A DNA stretch of 64,000 nucleotides, taken from contig DATBMS010000031.1 of the NCBI GenBank assembly GCA_036554685.1, positions 949-64,948 of the forward strand, read 5' to 3'. Source of the stretch: Nitrososphaeraceae archaeon (GTDB taxonomy: Archaea > Thermoproteota > Nitrososphaeria > Nitrososphaerales > Nitrososphaeraceae). The notes below the pieces were generated by a model that worked only from the letters and a program-made list of their open reading frames with translations, made no database searches and was not told where the DNA came from. Shown piece after piece: positions 1 through 10,629 of the stretch (position 1 is its first letter; each line of letters begins with the position of its first letter). Made by a program: the position numbers and the translations under genes.

Positions 1-69
1 TGTTGGAATGTTTATGCGTCTTTGTGATCCCATTTTTGTAATCTGACCTACAAACCTAAAATGAAACAT
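1..69 (-). CDS. 5' part of a small AbrB/MazE-like (swapped-hairpin) protein, runs off the window
   Basis: Manual translation from ATG at 69: MFHFRFVGQITKMGSQRRINIPT; the 'ITKMG..RxxIP' pattern resembles AbrB-type N-termini. Not in the ORF track. Confidence 0.5.
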   Translation of the reverse strand, partial: MFHFRFVGQITKMGSQRRINIPT

Positions 70-149
70 TCGTGTATAACCATAAACGTAGATATTTAAA
101 CTTGCCTCGTGTATAAAAGCTATATGTCCAATGTTGCATTTAATTTAAT

Positions 150-242
150 GTGACAGCAAGTTTCGAATGTAAAGAATGTGGTCTTCTGTACCCTACACAA
201 GACGATTTAGACTTGCATGTTAAAGACATTCACTCAGAATAG
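150..242 (+). CDS. 30-aa stand-alone C2H2 zinc-finger microprotein
   Basis: GTG..TAG translates to VTASFECKECGLLYPTQDDLDLHVKDIHSE = F-x-C-x2-C-x3-Y-x5-L-x2-H-x4-H. Confidence 0.7.
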   Translation: MTASFECKECGLLYPTQDDLDLHVKDIHSE

Positions 243-280
243 TATAGCAGTAGGCTACGTTTTGCTAAATAATCTAGCGT

Positions 281-471
281 ATGACTGCAATTTCTAACCA
301 GAATTTACTTATTTTAGCAATAGCTCTCATTGTTATAGGCACAGTCCTACTATATGCGCGCCCATCCCATATCCAGCTCCAACAATTGGGAACATTCTAA
401 TAATTATTGGAATAATTGTATTAGTTATTTGAGTTGTGTTAATGGTTATTGCGGCAATAAGACGTCCGTAG
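281..471 (+). pseudogene. Disrupted small two-TM membrane protein
   Basis: MTAISNQNLLILAIALIVIGTVLLYA, frameshift at TATGCGCGCCC, then PIPYPAPTIGNILIIIGIIVLVI-TGA-VVLMVIAAIRRP-TAG. Confidence 0.5.
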
Positions 472-687
472 TTATTTCTTTCAACATTTCTAATACCATG
501 AACAAATAAAATCAGATTTACAACTTACCATTCAATTGAACATGAGCATGAGATCAACAATTAGATACACTGTCACCACTAACTAGTAAAGTTAACGTCA
601 GATATTATTTGGAATGTTGCTCAGTAGTACGGAAAAATATGGTAAGTTCCTAAGCAACGATTAGAGCATTAGACCTCGCAGATAGTG

Positions 688-1110
688 TTATTTTTTAACA
701 TTATTGTGAATGAATTCAATAATTACTTCGAGTGGTGTTCCTGGACCAAAATTACCTTTTACCCCTTTTTCTTCAAGTTGCTCCTTATCTTTACCAGGTA
801 TTACTCCCCCGCCAATCAAAAGAATGTCACTTATACCTCGTTCCTTCAATAAAGATGCAACTCTAGGAAATAAAGTAAGGTGAGCCCCATTCAACAGACT
901 CATCGCAACTACATCGACATCTTCATCAATGGCAATTTTTGCGACCTGTTCAGGGGTACAGAATAACCCCGAATAGATTACCTCCATGCCAGAATCTCTA
1001 AGGGCCCTGCATATTACTAAAGCTCCTCGATCATGACCATCCAGCCCCAGTTTAGATACAAGAACTCTTATCGGCTTTTTTTTGCCACGCATAGATGTTG
1101 ACGTTGACAT
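688..1110 (-). CDS. mcmA2: Methylmalonyl-CoA mutase small (cobalamin-binding) subunit
   Basis: DGHDRG B12-binding motif, SLLNG, GGG; divergent from meaB and the mutase large subunit. Confidence 0.95.
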   Translation of the reverse strand: MSTSTSMRGKKKPIRVLVSKLGLDGHDRGALVICRALRDSGMEVIYSGLFCTPEQVAKIAIDEDVDVVAMSLLNGAHLTLFPRVASLLKERGISDILLIGGGVIPGKDKEQLEEKGVKGNFGPGTPLEVIIEFIHNNVKK

Positions 1111-1226
1111 ATATCTAAAATTTATAATGGAGCTTTAAAATTTTTTGTCAGTTTCACCCTTAAATGACGACCTAATTGCCCGCATAGAAATAACTTTTAA
1201 TACTTAATTTTCCAGCTAAATCACTC

Positions 1227-2132
1227 GTGTCTCAGTTAGTATCCGGAATTTTGAAAGGAGATAAGAGATCAATTTCAAGAGCAATATCAATTATTGACAA
1301 TAATGAAGCCCAGTCAGTGAAAATAATTCATGAGATTTTCAAGAAAACAAAGAATGCAAGAACGATTGGATTTACCGGATCAGCAGGTTCGGGCAAAAGT
1401 ACACTAATTGGAAGATTGGCTGCAGAATTTCACTCACTGGGATATAAGGTGGCAGTCATAGCAGTCGATCCATCAAGTCCACTTACCGGTGGGGCATTGT
1501 TGGGAGATAGAGTACGCATGATGTCAATTAGCGACGAAATATACGTGAGGAGCTTGGCATCAAGGGGAGCTGAAGGTGGTATTTCAAGATCTCTGAGAAA
1601 TGTTGTCCGAATTTTGGATGCTGCCGGTTATAATTTAATATTAATAGAAAGTGTGGGAGCAGGACAACTCGAAATTGAAATCTCAAAAGCTGTAAATATT
1701 ACTGTAGTAATTTTTAACCCACAAACAGGTGACAGCATACAAGCGATAAAAGCTGGCTTAACAGAGATAGGCGATATCTACGTTGTAAATAAATCAGATT
1801 TGGACGGAGCCACGATACTATTCAATATTGTTTCAGACTTGGTCGGGAACAATAAAAAACTAGTGTTCAAGTGTTCAGCAAAGATGAATAAAGGAATAAA
1901 GGAACTAACAAAATCCTTAGTAAAACTATTGAACGATGAAGCATATCAGGCAAGAGAAAAATCCATTCTGGAAAATGAATTGAAAGATATGATTTTAAAC
2001 GTAATTAAAGAAAAATCTATTGAAAAGATAATGAAAAGTCATGAATACAGGAAACTTGTAACCAAAATCCTGAAAAAGGAAGTAGAACCATATAACGCAG
2101 CTTTAAATTTTGCTAATAAGATAATTGTATAG
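1227..2132 (+). CDS. meaB: MeaB/ArgK GTPase chaperone of methylmalonyl-CoA mutase
   Basis: GSAGSGKST P-loop, AVDPSSP..GGALLGDRVRM, ESVGAGQ, NKSD. Confidence 0.95.
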   Translation: MSQLVSGILKGDKRSISRAISIIDNNEAQSVKIIHEIFKKTKNARTIGFTGSAGSGKSTLIGRLAAEFHSLGYKVAVIAVDPSSPLTGGALLGDRVRMMSISDEIYVRSLASRGAEGGISRSLRNVVRILDAAGYNLILIESVGAGQLEIEISKAVNITVVIFNPQTGDSIQAIKAGLTEIGDIYVVNKSDLDGATILFNIVSDLVGNNKKLVFKCSAKMNKGIKELTKSLVKLLNDEAYQAREKSILENELKDMILNVIKEKSIEKIMKSHEYRKLVTKILKKEVEPYNAALNFANKIIV

Positions 2133-2144
2133 GAGGATAGGATA

Positions 2145-3737
2145 TTGGCAAAACAGGAGATAAAAAAATTTAAAACAGATTCAGGTATTCCTGTAAAGAA
2201 AATTTTTTCTTCAAAAGACATTACTAAAAACTCCAATGATGAAGAAGCCGGCAAATATCCGTATACAAGGGGGCTTTATCCCGACATGTACCGAGAAAGA
2301 GTGTGGACCATGCGACAGTACAGCGGATTTGGAAGTGCAGAAGAAACCAACAATAGATTTCGATTCTTGTTAGAGCATGGACAAACTGGGCTATCTCTGG
2401 CCTTTGATCTTCCAACGCAAACTGGGAGAGATTCGGACAATCCATACTCACAGGGCGAAGTTGGAAGGACGGGTGTCGCAATCAGTTCAATAGACAACAT
2501 GATGACATGTTTCCAAAATATACCCCTAGATAAAGTTAGTACTTCCATGACAATTAATTCGACTGCTTCAACTTTATTGTCCTTATACATCGTTGTTGCA
2601 GAATCGCAGGGCGTCTCATCTAATAATCTAAGGGGTACGACGCAAAATGATATCTTGAAGGAGTATATAGCTCGCAATACGTATATTTATCCTCCAAGAG
2701 AGTCGATGAGAATCATTGGAGATATGATTCAGTTTTGCTCAAAACATGTTCCGCAGTGGTATCCGATAAGCATCTCTGGATATCATATGCGGGAGGCGGG
2801 TTCGAATGCTATTCAAGAGTTAGCTTTTACATTCGCCAATGCAATAGAGTACATCAATACATGTGTATCAAGAGGGCTAAAGGTTGACGAATTTGCCCCA
2901 CGTTTATCGTTCTTTTTCTGCTGCACTATGGAATTGTTTGAAGAGATTGCCAAATTTCGAGCAGCTCGTCGTATCTATGCAAAAATTATGAAAGAAAGGT
3001 TCGGAGCAAAAAGCGATAAATCTACTCATCTGCGATTTCATGTACAGACAAGTGGAGAATCTCTCACAGCACAGCAAGTAGATAATAACGTAGTGAGAGT
3101 CACACTAGAAGCATTGTCGGCAGTATTAGGAGGATGTCAATCTTTACACACAAACTCTAGAGACGAGGCTTTGGCACTTCCAACTGAAGAGTCAGTTAAG
3201 GTAGCCCTAAGGACTCAACAAATCATAGCAAATGAGACCGGTGTAACAAAGACTGTTGACCCTCTTTCAGGGTCTTATTATATTGAATATCTGACATCTG
3301 AAATAGAAGAAGGAGTCGAGAAATATCTCAAAAATATTGAAAAGATTGGAGGATCTCTAGCAGCAATCGAAACTGGTTTCTTTCAAGAAGAAATAAGACG
3401 AAATGCCTACCAATTGAAGAAAGAAATTGACTATAATGATCGCATAATTGTAGGAGTAAACAAATTTCAAGATCAAAATGATGTAGAACCAAAATTAAAT
3501 ACAATAGATCCTGAAATAGAGATACGTCAAGTGAAAAAATTAAAAGAATTTAAGAAAAGCAGAGATCAAACAAAAGTAAACTCTGAATTAAGCAAGTTGC
3601 AAAGATTTGCTGAAAAAGAAGATGAGAACCTTATGCCACATATTATTTCTGCAGTTAAAGCACACGTAACCCTAGGAGAGATAAGCGATGTTTTTGTCGA
3701 TATATTTGGACGATATGAACCTAAATTCTCTTTTTGA
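2145..3737 (+). CDS. mcmA1: Methylmalonyl-CoA mutase large subunit
   Basis: YPYTRG, WTMRQYSGF, QNDILKEY, ISGYHMREAG, QSLHTN motifs. Confidence 0.97.
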   Translation: MAKQEIKKFKTDSGIPVKKIFSSKDITKNSNDEEAGKYPYTRGLYPDMYRERVWTMRQYSGFGSAEETNNRFRFLLEHGQTGLSLAFDLPTQTGRDSDNPYSQGEVGRTGVAISSIDNMMTCFQNIPLDKVSTSMTINSTASTLLSLYIVVAESQGVSSNNLRGTTQNDILKEYIARNTYIYPPRESMRIIGDMIQFCSKHVPQWYPISISGYHMREAGSNAIQELAFTFANAIEYINTCVSRGLKVDEFAPRLSFFFCCTMELFEEIAKFRAARRIYAKIMKERFGAKSDKSTHLRFHVQTSGESLTAQQVDNNVVRVTLEALSAVLGGCQSLHTNSRDEALALPTEESVKVALRTQQIIANETGVTKTVDPLSGSYYIEYLTSEIEEGVEKYLKNIEKIGGSLAAIETGFFQEEIRRNAYQLKKEIDYNDRIIVGVNKFQDQNDVEPKLNTIDPEIEIRQVKKLKEFKKSRDQTKVNSELSKLQRFAEKEDENLMPHIISAVKAHVTLGEISDVFVDIFGRYEPKFSF

Positions 3738-3749
3738 TGGTGATTTGAA

Positions 3750-4157
3750 ATGAGAGTTGATCATGTAGCTATAGCGGTAAATAGTATAAGTGAAGCGCTA
3801 AAGAACTATGAAAGGATTCTAAAAATTGATAAAATTGACATTGAGGAGGTTCCTACGGAAAGAGTCAAGGTTGCAATATTGAAGTTGGAAGATACGCGAA
3901 TAGAATTGATGGAACCAACGGCTGATGACAGTCCTATTAAAAAATTCTTGACAGATCGTGGTGAAGGCATACATCATGTGGCAATCACTGCAGATGATAT
4001 TGACAATGATGTCGAGAGGGCAATTGCAAATGGGACTAGGATGATTGGCAACATTCGAACTGGTTCTTATGGGCGTAAAATAACTTTCATCCATCCAAAA
4101 TCTATGAATGGTGTTTTGACAGAATTCTGTCAAGCTCCACGTGAGAACAAAGAATAG
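3750..4157 (+). CDS. mce: Methylmalonyl-CoA epimerase
   Basis: VOC fold: DHVAIAV, GEGIHHVA, FIHPKSMNGVLTE; follows the mutase gene. Confidence 0.93.
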   Translation: MRVDHVAIAVNSISEALKNYERILKIDKIDIEEVPTERVKVAILKLEDTRIELMEPTADDSPIKKFLTDRGEGIHHVAITADDIDNDVERAIANGTRMIGNIRTGSYGRKITFIHPKSMNGVLTEFCQAPRENKE

Positions 4158-4256
4158 TAACATTAAATATTCTTTTTTTATCTCAATCATAATTCAGAAT
4201 TAATCTACATCTACCAATCGTAATTCAGGCAAGAGTTCAGATTGGCAAGTTGAATT

Positions 4257-5294
4257 TCACGAAACTAGTTTGGATATAAACATCCCAGTAAATTCGTCAG
4301 TATGCATGTTACCTCCTATATCAATTGTTTTTAGGTTCTGTTCAAGGAGACTTATCAGCGTTTTTTCTATTTTTATTCCCAACTCGATAAGTCGATTTTC
4401 TTCGTTATTCTTGTTCTTACTGGCCAACCATTCAAACATCATCTTTATGGACAGGAACATCGATGAAGGATTTGCAATGTTCTTGTTTGCTATATCGAAT
4501 GCAGCTCCGTGAACAGGTTCAAATATGGCGAATTTTTTTCCAATGTTTCCAGCAGGTGCTAATCCCAAGCCTCCAACAACTTGAGCAGCCTCGTCTGAGA
4601 GGATATCTCCAAACAGATTAGTTGTCAAGAGCACATCATATTTCTCAGGATTTCTAATCAAATTCATCGCACATGCATCAACATAAGATTCACTAAACTC
4701 GACGTCAGGGAATTTTCTTGCAACTTCCTTACTAATTTTAGAAAACATGGTATCTCCAACTCTCATAACATTTGATTTGTGAACACAAACTACTCTTTTC
4801 TTAGTGTCTCTTCTCAAGGCCTCTTCACAGGCATACTCTGCAATTTTTCTTGACGCCTCTGCGGTTGTTAGTCTTAAGCCTATGACTGCTTCCTCTCCAA
4901 TCGGAAATTCCCATCCCAAATAAAGATCTTCGGTGTTTTCTCTGACAACTACTAAATCAACCGATGGATGAAGAGATTTCACATTTGGATATGATTTTGC
5001 CGGTCTAATATTGGCATATAGATCGAAATAACGCCTTAGTACTAGTATTACATCTGCCGCATGTTCCCCTACAGGTGCCTTGAGACAAACATCTGATTTT
5101 TTTATGCTCTCAAATGAAAAATCCGGAAGTGCCTTATTGTACTTTACCAATGCATTATCTCCTGCCTCTACATTAACTATATCAAACTTTATGCCGGAGT
5201 ATTCACTAATACTGTCAAGTAACATTTGACCTGAGTTAGCAAGATCAGGACCAATTCCGTCGCCATTAACCAATGAAATACTGTATTTCGTCAA
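4257..5294 (-). CDS. leuB: 3-isopropylmalate (isocitrate/isopropylmalate family) dehydrogenase
   Basis: GDGIG, RENTEDLY, NLFGDILSD, EPVHGAAFD; co-oriented behind leuA. Confidence 0.88.
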   Translation of the reverse strand: MTKYSISLVNGDGIGPDLANSGQMLLDSISEYSGIKFDIVNVEAGDNALVKYNKALPDFSFESIKKSDVCLKAPVGEHAADVILVLRRYFDLYANIRPAKSYPNVKSLHPSVDLVVVRENTEDLYLGWEFPIGEEAVIGLRLTTAEASRKIAEYACEEALRRDTKKRVVCVHKSNVMRVGDTMFSKISKEVARKFPDVEFSESYVDACAMNLIRNPEKYDVLLTTNLFGDILSDEAAQVVGGLGLAPAGNIGKKFAIFEPVHGAAFDIANKNIANPSSMFLSIKMMFEWLASKNKNNEENRLIELGIKIEKTLISLLEQNLKTIDIGGNMHTDEFTGMFISKLVS

Positions 5295-5321
5295 TACTCA
5301 TGACCTTGAGCTAGATAGATT

Positions 5322-6830
5322 TTAATTTTTTGAATAAAGCACTTTTCTCAACATGAGTTTGTTTACTGCGTCTATCATTGCTTCTACCGATGCAACCACC
5401 ACGTCTTCGCCTGATTTTCTGGAAGATACAACGTTACCATCTAGATCCTCCGCCTTTATAGTAACTTCAGCCATTGCGTCTGATCCCCCTGTTATAGATC
5501 CAAGTCTATATTCTCTTATGCGAATATTTGCCATATCTACTGCAATTTTTTGTATAGCTTTAAGTGCTGCATCGACAGGACCAACCCCGGTTTCTGACGC
5601 AACCAAGTCTTTCCCATGGGTATTCAATCTTATAACTGCCGTAGGAATGATATTCATGCCAGTAATAATATGAAAATCGTAAAGTTTGAATTTCTCCTCG
5701 AATTTAGAATTACCCATTACTTCGCTTGCAATTGACAAAAGTTGTGAAGTAGTAATAGACTTGCCCTTATCTGCGATGTCCTTCTGCTTTTCAATTATTT
5801 TATGTAATTGTTCCTCTGTAGGTTCGATTCCAAAATCAGTCAAAATTGCACGAATTCCATGAGTTCCTGCATGCTTTCCTGCCTGAAGCCATCTTTTTCT
5901 ACCAACCAACTCGGGACTTATTGGTTCGTATGTAAGTGGATTATTTATGATTCCATGAGTATGAATTCCTGATTCGTGACCAAAAGCGTTTTCTCCGATA
6001 ATGGCCTTGTTTGGTTGAACTATAATGCCCATTGTATTTGAAACAAACTTTGAAATTTCATACAACAAATTTACTTTTATACAATGTCTTTTAGAATAGA
6101 GACACTGCAAAGCCATAACAAATTCTTCCAATGAAGCATTTCCTGCTCTTTCACCAATTCCGTTAATGGTAACATGTGCACAAGATGCACCTGCATTTAT
6201 TGCCGCTATAGAATTCGCAACGGCAAGGCCAAAATCATTATGACAATGTACACTAATTGGAGTGTTCATTTTTGATCTTATTTCCTGAACGAGCGAAGTA
6301 AAATACTCGGGTGTCGAATATCCAACGGTATCTGGAATATCTATTCTATCTGCCCCCGAATCAGTTACTGCCTTAAAGACATCAATAAGAAATTTTCTAT
6401 CAGATCTTGTTGCGTCTTCCGCGGAAAATTCGACTTTTAATCCATGCGACTTTGCATATTCTACAGCCCATAGCGCTTTTTCCAAAACCTGCTCCCGCGA
6501 CATTTTTAGTTTGTATTGCATATGAATATCAGAAGTAGCAATAAATGTATGAACATAATCTACACCGCAATCTATAGCTGAATCTATGTCTGATTGAACA
6601 GTTCTAGCCAAGGCACACACTTCTGTGTCCAGTTTGTGTCTTACAATGCTCTTTATCCCTTCCTTTTCACCGTCAGATACCACTGGAAATCCAGCTTCGA
6701 TTGTATCTACACCCAGTTCAGATAGTTTTATTGCAATGTTGAGTTTTTGTTCTGGTGTTATAGAAACACCTGGTGTCTGCTCACCATCTCTTAATGTTGT
6801 ATCAAATATCCTTACCTTTTGAGATTCCAT
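5322..6830 (-). CDS. leuA: 2-isopropylmalate synthase (LeuA/CimA family)
   Basis: DTTLRDGEQ, HCHNDFG, GIGERAGN, HESGIH, C-terminal regulatory domain with GPVDA. Confidence 0.88.
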   Translation of the reverse strand: MESQKVRIFDTTLRDGEQTPGVSITPEQKLNIAIKLSELGVDTIEAGFPVVSDGEKEGIKSIVRHKLDTEVCALARTVQSDIDSAIDCGVDYVHTFIATSDIHMQYKLKMSREQVLEKALWAVEYAKSHGLKVEFSAEDATRSDRKFLIDVFKAVTDSGADRIDIPDTVGYSTPEYFTSLVQEIRSKMNTPISVHCHNDFGLAVANSIAAINAGASCAHVTINGIGERAGNASLEEFVMALQCLYSKRHCIKVNLLYEISKFVSNTMGIIVQPNKAIIGENAFGHESGIHTHGIINNPLTYEPISPELVGRKRWLQAGKHAGTHGIRAILTDFGIEPTEEQLHKIIEKQKDIADKGKSITTSQLLSIASEVMGNSKFEEKFKLYDFHIITGMNIIPTAVIRLNTHGKDLVASETGVGPVDAALKAIQKIAVDMANIRIREYRLGSITGGSDAMAEVTIKAEDLDGNVVSSRKSGEDVVVASVEAMIDAVNKLMLRKVLYSKN

Positions 6831-6833
6831 GAA

Positions 6834-7340
6834 TTACTCTCCTCTCTGAAGAGCGGATACACCCGTCCGAGCCATTTCTACTATATCATATTGTATGATT
6901 AGATTCTTAAATGCATCTATTTTATCTGGAGTTCCAATTACTTCCACGGTCACAGACTCCTTTCCTATATCCAAGATATTTGCTCTAAAGACGTTGGCAA
7001 AATTGATGATTTCATTTCTATTTGTAAAGTCTTTGGCTCTTATCTTTATCAAGGCTAACTCTCTATAGACAGTATTATTGATGTCAAGGACCTCTACTTC
7101 AACAATATCAATAAGTTTTCTCAATTGTTTAACTAGTTGATCGAGAATTGCTTCGTCTGTCCTTGTTGTTATTGTCATTCTAGACAAGTCTGGTTTTTCG
7201 GTAATCCCTACTGTAATACTCTCTATATTGAAATTTCTAGCACGAAAGAGATTGGTAATGCGAAATAACACACCTGGTTTGTTTTCTACTAGCGATGAAA
7301 TGATATACAGTGGTTTAGTTTTGAATTCTTTAGAGCTCAT
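6834..7340 (-). CDS. ilvN: Acetolactate synthase small subunit
   Basis: ENKPGVL..LF.ARNFNIESITVG ACT domain, RELALIK, ARTG. Confidence 0.95.
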   Translation of the reverse strand: MSSKEFKTKPLYIISSLVENKPGVLFRITNLFRARNFNIESITVGITEKPDLSRMTITTRTDEAILDQLVKQLRKLIDIVEVEVLDINNTVYRELALIKIRAKDFTNRNEIINFANVFRANILDIGKESVTVEVIGTPDKIDAFKNLIIQYDIVEMARTGVSALQRGE

Positions 7341-7343
7341 GTG

Positions 7344-9047
7344 CTATGCACCTGTAATCATATCCTTAAGTCCGGTACCGGGAGCAACAAATGGATATAC
7401 GTCTTCTTCGGGATCGATCCTAATGTCAATTACAGTTGCAACCTCTGTTTTAAGTGCGCTTTTTATTGCTTTTTCTAGCTCGTCCATTGATTGGACGCTA
7501 AAGCCGCTCGCTCCATATGCTTCTGCAATCTTGACATAATCAGGACAACTTTTTTGATGTACCCCCATATATCGTCTATCATAAAAAGTTCTCTGCCACT
7601 GTGCAACCATACCCAACATATCATTGTTCAACAAGAATACTATTACCGGTAAATTCTCTAATACAGAAACTGCCAATGAATTTTCAGTCATGTTAAATGA
7701 ACCGTCACCAGCAACGTCTACAACATGGACATCTGGTCTAGCAGCCTTTGCCCCTATTGATGCGGGAAATCCAAATCCCATTGTTCCCAATCCAGTGGAG
7801 CTAAAGAAGGTCCCAGGGGAGATAACATCAAAGTGCAATGAAGTCCACATTTGACACTGTCCTACTTCCGTTGTTACTATCGATTCAGCAGGCAATAGCT
7901 CTCTTAATTTTTTCAGTGCTTTTCTGGCAGTCACCTCTCTAGGGTAATCTTTGATATTTTGTGAAAAATAATCTATTAGCTCTCTTCTTCTTTTAAGCCA
8001 AGGGTTCTCGGCGTTCTTCTTGACAGCCACTTTTGTTAACATTTTAGCCATTGTTCTAAGTGCTGACTTTACATCACCAACGATGGCAATGTCTACTGAT
8101 TTGTTTTTACCTATTTCAGCTGGGTCTATATCAAGATGTATGATATTCATTCCTTTACCAAATTCATCAAACCTTCCTACAGAACGATCTGAAAATCTAG
8201 CGCCTACAGCAAGTATGCAATCTGCTTCAAGTATGATCCTGTTAGCTTCTGCGTGTCCATGCATCCCTATTGGGCCCATTGCCAGAGGGTGGTTTTCAGG
8301 AAAAGCTCCCTTTCCCTTGAATGTAGTAACAACAGGCGCCATAATTAATTCAGCTACTGCCTGAAGTTCTGAGAAAGCTCCGGACAAAATAACTCCACCG
8401 CCTGCCATGATGATTGGCTGCTGTGCAGAAACTAAGAGTTCAACTGCTTTTCCAACATTAGATAGGTCAGGATCAACTATTGGTTTGTATCCCCTCACTT
8501 TAATGAGATCTGGAAATGGTATTTCAGTAACATCTTGCTGTACATCTTTTGGAATGTCAATTAGAACTGGTCCTGGTCTACCACTTTCTGCGATATAGAA
8601 TGACTTTTTTACAACTTCCGGGATTTCAGTTGCGTTTCTGGGCTGAAAAGCATATTTTGTGCATGGATTAGCAACACCAATAATATCTGTTTCTTGAAAT
8701 GCATCTTTTCCTATCATATTCATTGGCACTTGACCAGTTATCGCAATTAGAGGAGAAGAATCTGCATAAGCTGTGGCTATACCGGTAATTAGGTTTGTTG
8801 CACCAGGCCCAGATGTTGCTAGACATACTCCAGCTTTCCTTTTTATTCTGGCATAACCATCAGCCATATGAGCAGCAGACTGTTCATGTCTGACCAAAAC
8901 GTGCCTAAATTTAGCGTCAACCAATGCATCATAAATTGGCAAATTTGCCCCACCTGGAAGTCCAAAAACTATGTCAACACCCTCTTTTTCCAGGGAATTC
9001 ATAAGTGCTTTTGCACCACTCATTTCAGACATTGTACGAATATTCAT
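7344..9047 (-). CDS. ilvB: Acetolactate synthase large subunit (alternative start at 9032)
   Basis: FGLPGG, RHEQ, TSGPGATN, GRPGPV, GDGSF TPP motif. Confidence 0.96.
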   Translation of the reverse strand: MNIRTMSEMSGAKALMNSLEKEGVDIVFGLPGGANLPIYDALVDAKFRHVLVRHEQSAAHMADGYARIKRKAGVCLATSGPGATNLITGIATAYADSSPLIAITGQVPMNMIGKDAFQETDIIGVANPCTKYAFQPRNATEIPEVVKKSFYIAESGRPGPVLIDIPKDVQQDVTEIPFPDLIKVRGYKPIVDPDLSNVGKAVELLVSAQQPIIMAGGGVILSGAFSELQAVAELIMAPVVTTFKGKGAFPENHPLAMGPIGMHGHAEANRIILEADCILAVGARFSDRSVGRFDEFGKGMNIIHLDIDPAEIGKNKSVDIAIVGDVKSALRTMAKMLTKVAVKKNAENPWLKRRRELIDYFSQNIKDYPREVTARKALKKLRELLPAESIVTTEVGQCQMWTSLHFDVISPGTFFSSTGLGTMGFGFPASIGAKAARPDVHVVDVAGDGSFNMTENSLAVSVLENLPVIVFLLNNDMLGMVAQWQRTFYDRRYMGVHQKSCPDYVKIAEAYGASGFSVQSMDELEKAIKSALKTEVATVIDIRIDPEEDVYPFVAPGTGLKDMITGA

Positions 9048-9209
9048 TGATACTTCGTATATATACTCGTTGTCAATTCATCAAGAGATATAGGATGAGT
9101 TATCCATCTAGGCTTTCCGAATAAACGAACGAAGATATTTATCACCATATTCTGAAATTCAGGTTTCTTGTAAAGATTAAAGTACACATTAATAGTTCCT
9201 TTTAACCAC

Positions 9210-9917
9210 ATGAGTTCAGGAAACAAGAACCATCAATTTTTTAATGATAGCAAGTATGTCGCACTTTCTCAGGATTTTTTTAAGAAATACATTTCTAAAG
9301 GAAATACTATCGGATTAGGGAGCGGAAGCACAGTAGAGAAAATTGTCCGAAATTTTGGATTATTAGAATATAAAGATACTTTGGAATTTGTTGTTACGTC
9401 TCTTCAAATAAGAATCGTTTCTGAATCCATAGGGTTAAAGATAATTGATCAAAAAGATGGACATATTGATGTTGTCTTGGATGGAGCTGATCAGATAGAT
9501 TCCGGTTTCAACATGATAAAGGGTGGTGGTGGAGCTCTACTGAAGGAGAAGATATTAATTTCGTCGGCAAAAAAATTTGTAGTTTTCGCTCAGGCTAACA
9601 AATTTGTAGACAAATTTAGCATGGCGATTCCTATAGAGGTTACTCCATTTGGAAGAATCTTTGTTATGAGGGAGCTAGAGAAAATTGGAGCTTTACCAAG
9701 GATGCGTATGTTAGATAAAGGCTATCCATTCGTAACCGAAAATGGCAATATAATTTACGATACTTTATTACCAAAATACGATAACATTAAGGAGATTGAA
9801 AGGGACCTGAAAAATATTCCGGGCGTTATTGAAGTAGGACTATTTACGAATCATGCTGATTGTTATTATAAGATAGATAGCGAAAACGATTTTGAATCAA
9901 TAATGCCTAAACAGTAG
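9210..9917 (+). CDS. rpiA: Ribose-5-phosphate isomerase A
   Basis: GLGSGST, DGAD, IKGGGGALLKEK motifs. Confidence 0.95.
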   Translation: MSSGNKNHQFFNDSKYVALSQDFFKKYISKGNTIGLGSGSTVEKIVRNFGLLEYKDTLEFVVTSLQIRIVSESIGLKIIDQKDGHIDVVLDGADQIDSGFNMIKGGGGALLKEKILISSAKKFVVFAQANKFVDKFSMAIPIEVTPFGRIFVMRELEKIGALPRMRMLDKGYPFVTENGNIIYDTLLPKYDNIKEIERDLKNIPGVIEVGLFTNHADCYYKIDSENDFESIMPKQ

Positions 9918-10001
9918 AAGTGTATCAACTGAATGATCATTAAATTGGACTTCTAGTGCACTGTAGTATTGATCTTAGCGATACCACTAATTATAACCGA
10001 A

Positions 10002-10187
10002 TCAGACAAATTTTTCATATCTTCTTTCAGCTGATATTGCAAAGTCAAAAGGATTTAATGAAATTCCGCAATTCTTGCACGTACTGTTTATCGGCTTTAA
10101 CATATCACGGACAGATTTCAGGTTTGAAATTCTATTGTTTAAGCTCCCGCATTTGTTGCAAACCAATTCAATATTGTAATATGACAA
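10002..10187 (-). CDS. Small zinc-ribbon protein
   Basis: Two CxxCG pairs (CNKCG, CKNCG) in 61 aa. Confidence 0.7.
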   Translation of the reverse strand: MSYYNIELVCNKCGSLNNRISNLKSVRDMLKPINSTCKNCGISLNPFDFAISAERRYEKFV

Positions 10188-10282
10188 TATGAAATTACAT
10201 ACAGAACCAAATATCTAATGTTAGGTTAATTAGTTATGACTAGAGAAACTAATTCATGTAACAATTTTTTACACACAATAGA

Positions 10283-10426
10283 CTACTTTTTTGAATATTT
10301 TCCAGGCTTTCTTGAAAAGATGCTCTTACAACCCTCACAGCAGAAATAGTACTTCCTGCCATTATACTCATGAATGGTCGCTAGGTCCTCATCCATTTCT
10401 ATTCCACATACAGGATCAACTGGCAT
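10283..10426 (-). CDS. YHS/TRASH-domain metal-binding protein
   Basis: MPVDPVCG...YNGRKYYFCCEGC...F...P.KY; likely start is ATG at 10426. Confidence 0.88.
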   Translation of the reverse strand: MPVDPVCGIEMDEDLATIHEYNGRKYYFCCEGCKSIFSRKPGKYSKK

Positions 10427-10629
10427 TAAGTTGTAGTATATTGTGTTTCTATTTATACTGTGTTCCCCAAAAGCATTCACTGTATTTGAGTTCAATATTG
10501 GACATAAAATAATCTTTAAAGAAAAGTTTATGAATTCTTAAATCATAGTGTCTGTCACGTATATTTTCGTAATAATTTTAAAATATTTATTGAGAAAGGC
10601 ATAAATAATTTAATAACATAAAATTTTCG

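Noticed and set aside
9044-9226. 60-aa ORF upstream of ilvB as a leader/attenuator peptide
   Set aside because: No Ile/Leu/Val codon run or terminator hairpin; it spans the divergent promoter region and overlaps rpiA.
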